Of a DNA stretch of 64,000 bases, positions 52,178-64,000 are shown one piece after another. The stretch comes from Isurus oxyrinchus (lineage: Eukaryota). The stretch is from NCBI GenBank assembly GCA_026770705.1, contig JANJGN010000101.1:1054001-1118000 (forward strand). The letters are read 5' to 3'. Position 1 is the first letter of the stretch. Each line of letters opens with the position of its first letter. Both the position numbers and the translations under genes were made by a program. The notes under the pieces are model-generated. The model saw nothing but the letters and a program-made list of their open reading frames with translations. It did not search any database and had not been told where the DNA came from.

Positions 52178-52298
52178 TTCTGTCAAGTTCCCTCAAGTTC
52201 TGTCGAAGGGTCATGAGGACTCGAAACGTCAACTCTTTTCTTCTCCGCCGATGCTGCCAGACCTGCTGAGTTTTTCCAGGTAATTCTGTTTTTGTTTT
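52178..52298 (+). mobile_element. Penelope pseudo-LTR fragment with hammerhead motif
   Basis: agttCTGTCGAagggtcatgaggactcGAAACGTCaactc..gatgctgccagacctgctgagtttttccag; one core mismatch, GUC cleavage triplet. Confidence 0.7.
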
Positions 52299-52829
52299 TA
52301 ACTTGTAACAGATGTTCCTCATCCCTGTCATTATTTCGAAAGCTATAAATTCCTTGCAAAATGTTCTTCCCAGAACTGGCCTCAAATGCTTCAGCTGAGC
52401 CAAAACGTTCTTGTGTTTTTATCCTAGGTTGCTACTTATAGAATCAAACATCCTGTATGCCGATTTATAAACATATGGGACATGTATTTTGCTCCTGAAA
52501 TCCCATTACCATCATATCCTTTAATCGAGTTTTCTTATCCTTATTCTTCATTCGAAGATGATCCACTTGACAGATAGCTACGTTAAAGTTAATCAACCAA
52601 CTTGTATGCCCATGTTATAAATCTGTCTATGGCTTTTGGAAGTTCAGCACCCTCGTCACATTGGTTTGCAATATTTTCAAGTTTTGACACATCTGTAAGC
52701 TTTGAAATTTTGTCACGTACACCCAAGTCAAAGCCATTATATATATCCAGAAAAAGGGTGCTGACACCAACTCCTGGCGAAATCTTCCTCCAATTAGAAA
52801 CATTTTTTGACTCGTAAGGTCACTTTTTA

Positions 52830-53280
52830 AGAATACTGATGTAAGAAGAAAACAGCAATTTATACTGCATGTGAAGAGAGTGCTGATTGCTTGGCAAGTG
52901 GACTCCGGCAGAGGAATTGTCATGGAGAATGCACCAATTATGGTGACTGAAAGTTAACTCCTAAGCTTTGTTTGAAATTTTAGCTAGGCAGCTTGGCCTT
53001 GATTAGTCAATGCATTGCCTTGAGGAATGAGTCAGCAAATGGCTGTCACTTATTGTGTTTAGCTGAACCAGGCACAATGTGTGTGCATGTCTTTTCTGCT
53101 TGCAAAGAACAGGGCTCTGTGTATTAAAATATGCAGCGTCCAAATACATGCAAATGCAACACTCTGCAAGCCCAAATGATAATCTAAATTGGTTGTCAGC
53201 GTTATTCTTAGTGCAATTAATTTTTTTTAACAAATGTTCTCGAGTTCTGGAATCGCATCCAATGTTGAACACTGTAATTT
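52830..53280 (-). mobile_element. Penelope-like GIY-YIG C-terminus and 3' UTR (second family)
   Basis: ORF 53003-53272 CDS...EHLL...C.KN..DNQF..L.A.Y..T..PVLCKQK; downstream sequence resembles 45600-45700. Confidence 0.65.
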
Positions 53281-53329
53281 GAGCTTTACCAGCATGGCCC
53301 GGCCGGTTGGATATGTTCTGTACTTTGCC

Positions 53330-53820
53330 CGTTTTGAGGTTCAGTGAGCAGCAACATTTGCATGATTTACGCCATTTAGAAACATTATCTTACCCTTTCT
53401 TACCGCCAAAGTGCACAACTTCACATTTGTGCACTTTGTGCTCCGATAGGAAGTCCATCTGTTGCCCTCTCCCTTAACCTTTCGACATCAACTTTCAGCC
53501 TCCTTGTGTTCTCCTCACAGCTTGCACCCGCACTTAGCATTGAATCGTCAGCAACTCAATTATTTTCCAGGTCTTTTCCGAAGTGATTAATGCAAATTGT
53601 AGCTGAGGCCATCATTGAAAGTTGCGGCACTCCACTGGTGACAGCCTGCCAGCCTGAAAGTGCCCAGTAAACCGTATTATTTGCTTCCTTGACATTGACC
53701 GATCTTCTATTCATGCTAATGTATTCGCTTCAAACCCATGAGTTATCATCTTACGAACTAACCTTTGTGTGGAATCTTGAGGGATTTAAGTTCGAAGTCC
53801 AAGTCTATGACATCAACTGG
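53330..53820 (-). mobile_element. Decayed CR1 RT fragment
   Basis: Minus-strand ggagtgccgcaa (GVPQ), gttgctgacgat (xADD) and gtgaagttgtgcactttgg (CEVVHFG). Confidence 0.6.
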
Positions 53821-56264
53821 TATCTAAAAGGGGGTAAAAACGATGTCACTATCATAACCCATGAAGATCCTCCCCAATCATAGCATTATTCTATTAATGA
53901 GTTGTTCAGAATTCTTAACAATCGATTCCCACAGTTCCTGGTGACCGAAGAAAGGCTCACTGTACTTCTGGTCGACATGTGGCATTTTGTTTTACCATCT
54001 CTCTCTGTTGAAGTGCAAATAATATCTGTCTCTCCAATTCCAAACATCTTCCTACAGCTTATCTTCTTCAGGTTTTGCAGTCGACCATCTTCAACAGCTT
54101 TGTTTCCTCCAAAATTCGGCCATTGTTGTTGTGTCATCGAGCTTCGGGTAATTATTAACGGCATTAAAAAAAAAGGTTCAAATAAGGAGACTCTAGGATA
54201 TCCACTTTAACAGCTCCTCAGGCCAATTCATCTCTGTATCCATGCCTTATAGGCACCATGCATCAACATGCTAGTAACCCCTTGAAATATATATCCACTG
54301 ATTCCAGCAACTGATTCCTAGATGAACTACGTACAAGGACTAAAAAAGCCAAGGGTATCACATCCATTAAATGGACCCTACCTAGTGAAGTTTAATGATA
54401 CAGACTCACTTTCATGAACATATATCGACTATATATTGAGATAACTTTACATCCATCTGTTCCATGGCTTTATTTGCAGCAACGGTTGCACAGCATTACA
54501 CACTCTGAACATCAAACTCATTACTTTGTACTTTCCTGGATCAAATTTGCATCTGCTTTTCTGGAGCACCAACCACTCTTTAATAGTCAGGGCTTTCTCT
54601 TTGATTTGTGTGCGGCACCCTGCAGGTTGCTTACGTATTTACATAAGGAAGCTCGATTAAATTTAAGTGGCCACTTAGGTCGACGAATCAGAATTGAATT
54701 TTGGACAGCTGTTCATCAACCATGTTGATCGCAATGTGACCTGAGTCACAACGATTCTCTGACACGCTCTATAAAAAAAGTCATTTTTTTAATCCATGGA
54801 GGTGTTTTAAATATCTGCACGAAATTCGCCTATTCCCACTTCTCTACTAACAGTAAAAGAATATATTTCTGGGTCGCAATTACTGATGATTGAAAATTTG
54901 TCTGTCTGAATATCCCACTCCAATAACACGGAAAAAATACAATATCAAGTTATTCTGCTCTCTTCAGAGAGTGTTTCTATATGCATGAGGAAATGCTGGA
55001 CACATTTCGTCGGCTGGATAACATCTCGGGATTGAGAACAAAAAAACAGTTAACTGTTTCAGGTCGATGAGCTATCAACGAAAGTGAAAAGTGTTAGGGG
55101 AGTTCTATGGACGTGCTGATTGGACTTTCAGTCAACATGTGTGGACTATTCAGTGGACATATTCGTGAAAAATTTATCTTGGAACATTTAATCAGTTGAA
55201 ATTTCCCAATCATCTGCAAATGTTGCGGCATTTATCTCAATGGGAATTCCTTGATTTTTGAAGCATTACCATTCTGGATGACCCCGAGTCTTAATCTCAT
55301 TTAAGATCATAATTTCCAACCAATAGATTTCCTCAGCTTAATCTTCCTACCAAATTACACTACTTCAATCTTGTTCAGAATCAAATTACTTTGCCATTTA
55401 TCCTCATGAGTATTTGATATTCTGGTATTTGGTCACATTTATCCTTAGCATAAGCAAAACCTCAACCCTTCCTAAATTAGCGAGGTACGCAAATGTTTTA
55501 TACTATACTTCCCAACACTGAGATCAGCTCATTCAAGTCCATTGTGGTAAATGGTGGCTATCCCCATGGGTTATCGCTCCTACTTGGCACCCGTAGTAAT
55601 AACTATATTCAATTCCTGGGCTCTGTTTTTCTTTTCTGTTTGTTTTATTTTGGTGGGAGAGGTTAAAAAACCACTGGGAATATCTGGACTTTTTAAATAA
55701 GTTATTCATGGTGACCTGTGTATGCACAAGCTGAACACGTGGTAGAAGCAGACTGGACAATATGTCTTCCAAAAATGAATCACTATTTAGAAAGGAAAAT
55801 AAATTACTATGAGAAAGAGCATTGGAATCGGACAAATGGAATAGCACTTTCAGGAAAAGGAATAATGGGTGTACTGGCCTCCATCCGTGCAGTGCAATGC
55901 TAAGCTTTGTTATCCATTCAGCTACTGCAAAACTGAAATAAAATATTAATAATTTTATCCTCAATTAAATAAACGGCTATAAAATGGTAGGCAAACGTGC
56001 ACAAGTCAAAAAAGCAATGGCGTAAACATAACAAAAGGCACTGGATGCTGAAGACATGAATGTTCCAATGAAATGGCATCGACGTGACACCTTGGCTTTC
56101 CATCTTTCTCCTCGTGAGTGTTATCTGTTTCTATGTAATAACAGGTACTTTCACATGGATAAATTCCAGCTTTATTCTGACATCACATAATTTTTAATGT
56201 ATCATATGAATTCTTGTCGTTATTTTTTTCTGCTGAGATTAATTGAGGTTCCCATTGGCCAACC

Positions 56265-58800
56265 CCTCGGTAATATCCGTGTAGATTCCACAGACCACAT
56301 CTGGATTGAAGGCTATGAGGACGATAACGGGAACATCTGGACAAAATCTCCAACAATCATCATCCTGTTCTTCCTGAGCATTTTCGACAGCATTGCTGTC
56401 ACTCTGGTAAAGGTGAGAAGATTCAATCCACTCATGCTACAATCTGACAGAAACGGTTTGAAAATTTTCTAAACATTTCAACAATTAAAAGTAATAACAT
56501 AAATGCACCTGATCATAAATATCTGCTTCATTATTGTCTCCTTCTTTTACAGATGAAGTGATCGGTTGAATTTGGACCTCGTAGCTTTTCCTCAGCTGTA
56601 TTTTAAGATCTCTGTATTCCAATATAAAATCTGTTCTCTTGGTGATTCTAAAGGTGAAATGTCTTCACTTTGTGATCCCGAATCTGTAACCGAACCTGTA
56701 GCAGTATTTCCGATTTCATGTATGAAATATGTGAGATGAAAATGGTTGTAATGTAATTGTAGCATCTAATTTCCCTGGAGTTAGGATTTGAATTGTAATT
56801 AAGTAACGTTTTCATTCGTTATTCATTATTGCCCCCTTCCCTTTCCTTTGAGCCACAGTTTTCTCTTTCTGATCTATGTTCCAGTGGTACATATAATTTA
56901 CCAAATCAGAGCGCATGTGTTCTGTTCCCAACGTGACCTCAGGCATTGTATTCACTTCTGTTAACTTTAAAATAAAATTTCCTGTGAAATATTCTCTGAT
57001 ATTACTAATAAATCTGGAATGAAAAGTGAGCTAACTGTGACTTTGCTGAATTCCTTTCCCCAAGGCCCATCGACACTGCTGCATTTTCCCTGTTACACAT
57101 TTCTCTCAGTTTTACCAGTCCTGTCGGGGTTCTGTTTACACCCATCGCCCCATCCGTGTAAGGAGACCTTTACCTCTGCCTGTTTCTGGCTATTGCCCGA
57201 GGTGGAATGATTGAACAGGGAGAGTCACCTTGGTGACTTCACTCTGGATGGTCACAGACACATGTCTGGCAATTCCAAACTGTAGGGTTCGGCTTCATCA
57301 GAGGCTGATATAGGACAGGAAATTGGAGCAGAGAACTTCCTTTAAAATACCCCATCAAACACTCCCACCGTTGGTGCAATCATGGTCAGAAAAAGGTTAA
57401 AGATCCCTCTGCAATGTCCGATTAAACACTTTGAAGTGGGGATGCCACAGGCTAGATATATAACACAGGCAGAATACCGAGCACAAACCAAGGGATGTTT
57501 CCAGGGGCTGGGGCGTGTCTGGCATTGCTATATTATTAAGTACAAATCCTGCAAATTATTATAGAGCTTTAGGTCTATTGGACATACGGGGGGCTGGGGG
57601 GGGGGGGGGGGGGGGGGTCAAAACTGCGAAAATACTCAAAGATGGGGTCCAACTTTATGCTGCAAGTAACCATAAACATGGGGCTTGTTCACAGATCCTG
57701 GGGCCGATCGGATACTGAGACACTGGCTTTCCATTTTCTCTTAAATACACAAATAGACGTAGCCTGCACCTCGCCCTGCCACACCCCTTTCCGTTCAGCA
57801 TATACATGGTCCTTATTCCAGTAAACGCAGGCCGACTCTCCACTTCCACCTTTTCTGTTAAATCCATTAGCGCTGTCATTCTCCCTTCTGCTTTGATAAT
57901 GAACTGTATTCCTGATCAGCTCATTCCTACTGATACCATCTCCCTGAACTCGCTGAACATCACCCCAGGGGTGAAAACAGAAAACGCTGGAAATATCAGC
58001 AGGTCTGAAAGAATCTGTAGAGGCAGAAACAGAGTGGTCTTCTCGATTCGGTATGACCCTTCTTCAGCTGAACTCGAAAGGTCAACTCTGTTTCTCTCTC
58101 CTCAGATGCTGTCAGGCCTGCTGAGTTTTTCCAGCAATTTTTGTTTTTGTTTCAGATTTCCAGCATCCGCAGTATTTTGCATTTATCACCCCAGGGATTT
58201 CGTTCTACCTGCTTCATCGTTTCGTCAGACGATACTTCAGAGCCTCCCGATCACGGGAATAACAGCAGAAGTTTAGCTTCATATCCTGCTATCTGCCAAT
58301 ATCATCCATCTGAAACTGCGCCACTTTTCTCCAATTCCTCAGAGTTCAGGCGCGAGGTTCCATGTTGTTGAATAAAGGAAGGGTTAGGCAGAGAAAACTT
58401 ACCTACACATCTTCAAGACTCGGAATGATATTTATGAATGAGTGGAGTTTTTGCTTAAACCCGGTCTCTCTCCCAATCTCTCTCCCTTCCTCTACCGCAA
58501 AGCCCGTCAGGACATCTGAATCAACAACAGAAAAAGTTGTAAAATCTCAACGGTTCATAAAGCATCTGTGAAGAAAACGACAGGGTTAACGTTTCGAGCC
58601 CGCATGATTCTACTTCAGAGTCTTCTTATCTGAACAAAAGTCATAAAGACTCAAAACGTTAATCCTGTCTTTATCTCCACAGGTGATGCTGGACATGCTG
58701 AGGTTTTGCAGCATTTTCTCTTTTAGTTTTAGATTTCCAGAAACCGCAATATTTAGCTTTTACTGTTCAGGACTTCCCTCCTCTCATGGCTGCATTTTTT
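56265..58800. repeat. Segmental duplication copy C
   Basis: Collinear with ~2810-5300, including both mini-Penelope insertions (57971-58184 with perfect TSD atcaccccaggg, and ~58520-58760). Confidence 0.92.
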
Positions 58801-59559
58801 TTAACCGCTGTCATTGCACATGGGATTTGGGAGTGGCTTATTGATGCAATATAATGGGGATAAAACAGTAAGGCAGATTATTATCTGAATGGCTATAAAT
58901 TGAGAGAGGGGAATGTGCAACGAGACCTGGGTGTCCTTATTGTTTCAGCAGAATGGATGTGTGAGTGACACACTTCTAGCTCCTGGAGCAGCTGAACAAC
59001 CGTTCCCCAGTGAGAACAGACAATTAGTGTTTTGGCGGATCCATACTTTCTTCTGTTGTTCGTCCAGCGCTGTAAACATCATCCCAGGCATTCTCTGCTA
59101 TGCCCCCGCCCCCTCCACACGCACAGGGAGATCCTGGTGTATTGGTAATGTCACGATGCGGATGAGCTAAAAAGGCAGGCTCCCGCTCTAGCACAAATGT
59201 TCAAGCCCTGTTACAGCAACTGGCTGAATTTCCGTCAAAAAATCAGGAATTGAAACCCTTTCAGGAATGGGGATGATTTCGGTCTAAATATGAAATCTCT
59301 GGTAATCTCCAGGAATTCTCCACATTCTGGCTGCTCCACGAGATTCCAGACTCACAGCAATGTGGCTGGTCCTGAAATAGTCTGGACACCGTGAGTTATA
59401 TCAAAACGCTGCAGACAATCCAAACCAGATGGACAACTTCTCTTCAAGAACGTCCCCACCAACAACTTATCCAGGGAAATGAGGGATGGAAATAAACACT
59501 GGCTTTGTCTGCAATGCTCCATTCAAATAAAGAATGCAATAAAAATCCAAACCTATCGC

Positions 59560-60570
59560 AACGGAACAGAGGAACAGGAGAATGCCATTCAACCCATCGA
59601 ACCTGTCCCACCTTTCATTGCGATCATGGATGATCATCTCCTTCAACATCTTTCACCCACACCATCCTCATACCGTTTATATCTTTGGTATTTAGAAATC
59701 TGCCATTCTCTGCTTTAAACATACTCAATGATTATGCTTCGACAGCTCTCCGGGATGCAGAAATACAAACATTCGCAAACCACTGAGTAAAAAACAATTC
59801 TCCTCAGGTCAGTCCTAGTGGCTTTACCCTTATTTTGAAATTGTGTCCCCTGTTTCTAGATTCCCCGACCAGGGGATACATCTGACCTTCATTTACACTT
59901 TCTTCCATTCAGGTGTTTTGTTTGTTATAATGAGATCTTTTTGCTCATGTTTGGAAACTCTGGAGAATACAGGTCCAGTGTCCCCAATCCTTCTTCACAG
60001 GACAGTCACGCCATCCCTGATGCAAGTCTGGTGAGCCTTCGATTCACTCCCTCAATGACAATTACTCCCTTCCGAATGTAAGGGGGGCAAACCTGCACAT
60101 TGTACCCCAGGGTTGGCCTAACCAAGATTATATACAAAGGAAATGAGACTTCATTATGGCTGTATTCAAATCCACTTGTGAGAGAAGCTAACATTATATT
60201 CGTCTTCCTAAATGCTTCATATGTATGTCAGGTTTCGGAGACCTATTGATGAGGGTACACAGGCCCCCTTGTACAGCTACATTTTCCAGGTTCTCACGTT
60301 TTATGAAATAATCTGCACATCTGTTGATTCTACCAAGCTGGTTAACCTCGCATTCTTCCACGTTAAATTTCATCTTTCCTGTTCTGTCCCCCTCACCAAG
60401 TCTGTCCAAATCGCCTTGAAACCATTTTTCACCTTCCTCACAATACACGTTCCCACCAAGCTTTGTGTCATCCTCGAACTTGGAAATATTACATTTGGCG
60501 CTCATATCCAAATCATTCATATGTTGTGAACAGCTGGCTCTCAAGTAGTGAGCCTTCCAATTCCCCACTG
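59560..60570 (-). mobile_element. CR1 LINE RT region and 3' end
   Basis: ORF 60194-60568 MNDLD..ISKFEDDTKLGG..LQGDLDRL-like; ORF 60006-60194 LVRPTL.Y.VQ..PY.RK. Confidence 0.9.
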
Positions 60571-61484
60571 GCCAGATGCTGACAAAGTTTGATATTTCAC
60601 TCTATACTCCATCACCCCCACCACCCCCACCGCCACAATAAAAAACACACACTTAGGTCGCCGGCGCCCCTCACCCCACACCTCACACTTTGAAATGACA
60701 TGCTTCAGTTACTGCTGCAGCAGCAGGAGTCCTTTGGATCACGTAAGAGTGTCACAACACTGATGGAAGCCCTTGAAGCATTAGTCTGTTTCTCGCTACA
60801 CAAAGGTAGCGAGGGCTGCTGATTATTCCCAGCATTGCTGTTTTTTATTTCAGTTCCGAGCACATTGGCCCCCCCTCTCTCTCCTCTCCTGAACATAATT
60901 TTTCCAGATGAGTTCAGGGGACATTTGAATTGACGAATTTCACTGGAACATAACTTGTGCAGTGGAAATAATTCTTTATTTGAAACGAGGAGACGTCCCG
61001 CTCCAAGATACTGTGACTGTTCAGCTCTAAAAACACTGGAATAAAATCACAGAAAGATTTTGAAAAGCTGAAATCACTGACTTTCGAACGTCTAAAACCC
61101 ATCCTCCCATCTGCAGGTTGGTCCGAAATGTTTTGAACAAGGTTTCCCTGGGATAGTGGAGACACTGCAGCATGTCCGTCCCTGGACTGTAACCTGCACA
61201 AGTGGCCTTATCCTCCAAAGCCCCTTTGGGTAATGACATGGAACTCGAGCCTGGTGGGTGGGAATTTCACACACCAGGCCCAAGGACAACAGGAGAGTTG
61301 GAATAGCCTGGAAACCAGCAGGACAAACAGGACTGAGGTAAATTACTTCCCAAATGCACCGTTTCTGTTAGTCATTGAATCCTGGCGGTGAAAGATGAAA
61401 ACTGGCCTCACCCTGTGCTCATCACCGAGGTGAAGGGATTGGGAATAAAACAGGGTCAACTCGTATTGATAATGGATATTCTTG

Positions 61485-62386
61485 TCACTGTTTAATAAAT
61501 TTAAAAATTACAGAAAAGGGATATTTCACCACATTCTTCAGCTCATTTCTGAATTGAGTCTGGGTCACTGCATAAATGGCCGTGTTAGTGCAACAACTCA
61601 GGAGCTGAAATATAAATCCCAGTTCCTGCACAAACATAGGAAGGTATACAGGAATAGCATCTAACACATATAGCCTTTTACAAATAGGATGTATCATAAA
61701 AACTACCCACAACAGGATAAAATTCCCCGATATAGCAAACAGTAAAATGATGGATTTCCTGCTTTTCTCCATCTGTGGGTCCCTGGGTCTCTCCCCACTG
61801 CAGTGAGCCCGAAGTCTCCTACGGGCTCTGCTCGACACTAAAATATATCTGACAGTTAAAGCGTTCAACATCAAAATCAAAACAAATGGCGCAAATGGTG
61901 TTAAAATATAATGAAGACATTCGATTGCTGCCCACATTGATGAGAATTCAGCATCCATCACTAATGTGCAAAACCAAGGAGCATTGAAAAGCGAATATTG
62001 ACCTACATACATAAAGTACCAGAATGTATCCTTCACACAGAATAGCAGACTGACTGTTCCGAGAACCACAGCCGCCGTATGCTGGGTGCAATATTTTGTT
62101 TTCAACTTCTGGGAACAAATAGCCAGAAATCTATCAAAGGTGAAAGAGACTGTGAACCAGACAGAACAATCTGTGGCTGCATAAAGCAGGACTGCATGGA
62201 TATTACACACTTTAAACCTCCACAGGAACTGAAATTGAGCCCAGTAAAGAATAGCAATTTGCCTGAATATGAGATCAAGGATAACGACCAGTAGATCCGC
62301 GGTTGCCATGGACACCAGGTAAAGGGAAACACATTTTGAGAGACCGCACCTTCCCCGAGACAGGGTCACAATAGTCAGTATGTTCA
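61485..62386 (-). CDS. GPR139/GPR142-like GPCR, copy 5: intact exon 2 of a divergent paralog (exon 1 not found in window)
   Basis: Acceptor ttccttacag at 62387-62396, phase 1 as in paralogs. 300 codons stop-free: VNILTIVTLSRGRCGL..ADLL..VCNI..FTFDRFLAIC..PWFC..LTPFAPF..FILLW..SCCTNTAIY. Confidence 0.85.
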
Positions 62387-63129
62387 CTGTAAGGAAGAGA
62401 AAGGCAGGATAGTTATTGTTTAACTTAGAGCAACTGTTACAGACTGATGGAGTGACATTTGAACAGAGTTATCCAAGGTCAGAATCTAATTACTTTACCA
62501 GTGTTTGAGCTTTACGCTGGAGGGAGTGTTTCGAGTTAAACACCATCCTGTTGTAGCAGGAAACCAAATCCTGCAGCAGGTCCCATCGCCACTTCCCTAA
62601 ATTATTCATGGAATTCGGAGTGAAAATCACTCACCCCACTAGTAGTCCTGCTCAATATCCCATGAACATGCTGCAAACTGCGTCACAACGATATGTTGGG
62701 CTATGATTTGTACTGAAGGAAAATGGTTCATTTATTTTTGAGAAGACATTTGAGTGGAACATTAAGGTTGTGTAAAGAAGTAAATACAGATTTGAATTCA
62801 GAAATTGTATTTCAAATCAGGATGTCCAAATGTGCCTTCCTGATAATTATTGCCTTTGCCAAAAGGCACAATGAATGCTTAGACCGTATCCCAGTAACAA
62901 ATAGACTCTCGAAAAGAAATAAAGAACAGGGAGGTAAATGGATCGCTAGACTGAAGAAAATAAATTAGAGATTGAATCAGAGCTGGATTCTGGCCAACAC
63001 GAAGGAACAGCAGAGAGTGGCAGCACCCAAAATTCAGGCTGGCTAGCAGGAGAGAATTTACCAATGGATCTAATGTCTGTGTTTTGGGCCAGGAATTAAA
63101 TGGGCCAATGGTTGGGAAATGAAGTTGTT

Positions 63130-63640
63130 ACATAAGAATACAAGAACTAGGAGCAAGAGCAAGCCATATTTCCCTTTGGTCAACTCTAATGTTCACTAAG
63201 CCCATGGCCGTTCTTCGACTTCTACTATCCAAAACTATCCCCATTTATCTTAATGGCCTTAGAGCACAAAAATCTACCGACCAACAGCCCTCGAGAGTTG
63301 ATAATTCCGACGTTTCTCCACTTTCTGAGTGAAGAAGATTCTCTTCATCTCAATTCCAAATGGCCAACATCTTATCTCAGGGATCGAGTTCTCGACTCCC
63401 CACCTAAGGGAAACATTCTCTCAGCATCCATGCTATGAGGACACTAAATTATTTTCTATGACACGATGAGATAATCGCACATCCTCTAAATTTAAGAAGA
63501 TGCATGTCAAATTTGATTGATTGATTGATTACTTAAGTATATTTTTCCTTAGGCAAGAAGGCCAAAACTGTACACATTAATCGATATGTTTTCTCACCAA
63601 TCGCATGCATAATTTTATCAAAAGTTCCTTACTCGAATAC
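63130..63640 (-). mobile_element. Decayed CR1 3' end
   Basis: cataagaatacaagaactaggagca tail and ctgagtgaagaagattctcttcatctc, as in the other CR1 3' ends. Confidence 0.55.
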
Positions 63641-63689
63641 AGGGAAGAATGTCATTTATTATCCTATTCACTTGCTATATTGCTGTATC

Positions 63690-64000
63690 CTAACCTCATT
63701 ACAGCTTTGTTTCAAACATGGAAAAAAGAGCTGAACTCCCGGGGGGAGGTGAGAGCGGCTACCCTTGACATCAAGGCAACATTTGGCAGAGTGTGACATC
63801 AAGGGCCCCTAGCAAACCTGGAGTCAATGGGAATCAGGGGGGAAATCTCTGCTGCTTCGAACCATACCTAGCAGAAAGGATGATGGTTGTGTTTGTTGGG
63901 GGTCGATCATCTCAGCGCTAGGACTTCACTACAGCATTCCTTCAGGGGACTGTCCTCGGCCGAACCATCTTCAGCTGCTTCATCAATGACCTTCCTTCCA
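63690..64000 (+). mobile_element. LINE RT domain fragment (runs off the window)
   Basis: LDIKATFGRV*HQG..PQGTVLG.TIFSCFINDLPS. Confidence 0.85.

Noticed and set aside
53830-54170. Possible Gypsy integrase C-terminal remnant
   Set aside because: No clear motif and no LTR pair seen.
62490-62550. Minus-strand ATG..CTG|GTAAAGTA as candidate exon 1 of GPCR copy 5
   Set aside because: Phase 0 rather than the required phase 1, and the peptide MVFNSKHSLQRKAQTL has no TM1 similarity.

Overview
Vertebrate genomic DNA, most likely a cartilaginous fish (inferred from the repeat content: CR1-clade LINEs, tRNA-SINEs, Penelope-like elements, shark-type C2H2 ZNF remnant). The core is a tandem cluster of five paralogous two-exon class-A GPCR genes of the GPR139/GPR142-like type, in orientations +,-,-,+,-. 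Copy 1 has two frameshifts. Copy 2 has a GT>AT splice-donor change plus substitutions at conserved residues. Copy 3 is a short truncated exon-2 relic. Copy 4 has one premature TAA. Copy 5 is divergent with an intact exon 2, and its exon 1 was not found in the window. The three visible promoters share position-fixed motifs: E-box, homeodomain-like plus O/E(EBF)-like site at -78, and TATA at -57 from the ATG. This resembles olfactory-receptor promoters and suggests, as a hypothesis, a birth-and-death chemosensory receptor family. Interleaved are three copies of a 2-3 kb segment with a decayed unknown minus-strand reading frame, Penelope-like elements and short palindromic derivatives carrying hammerhead-ribozyme motifs, many LINE/SINE fragments and minisatellites. 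Repeat boundaries are by-eye estimates.
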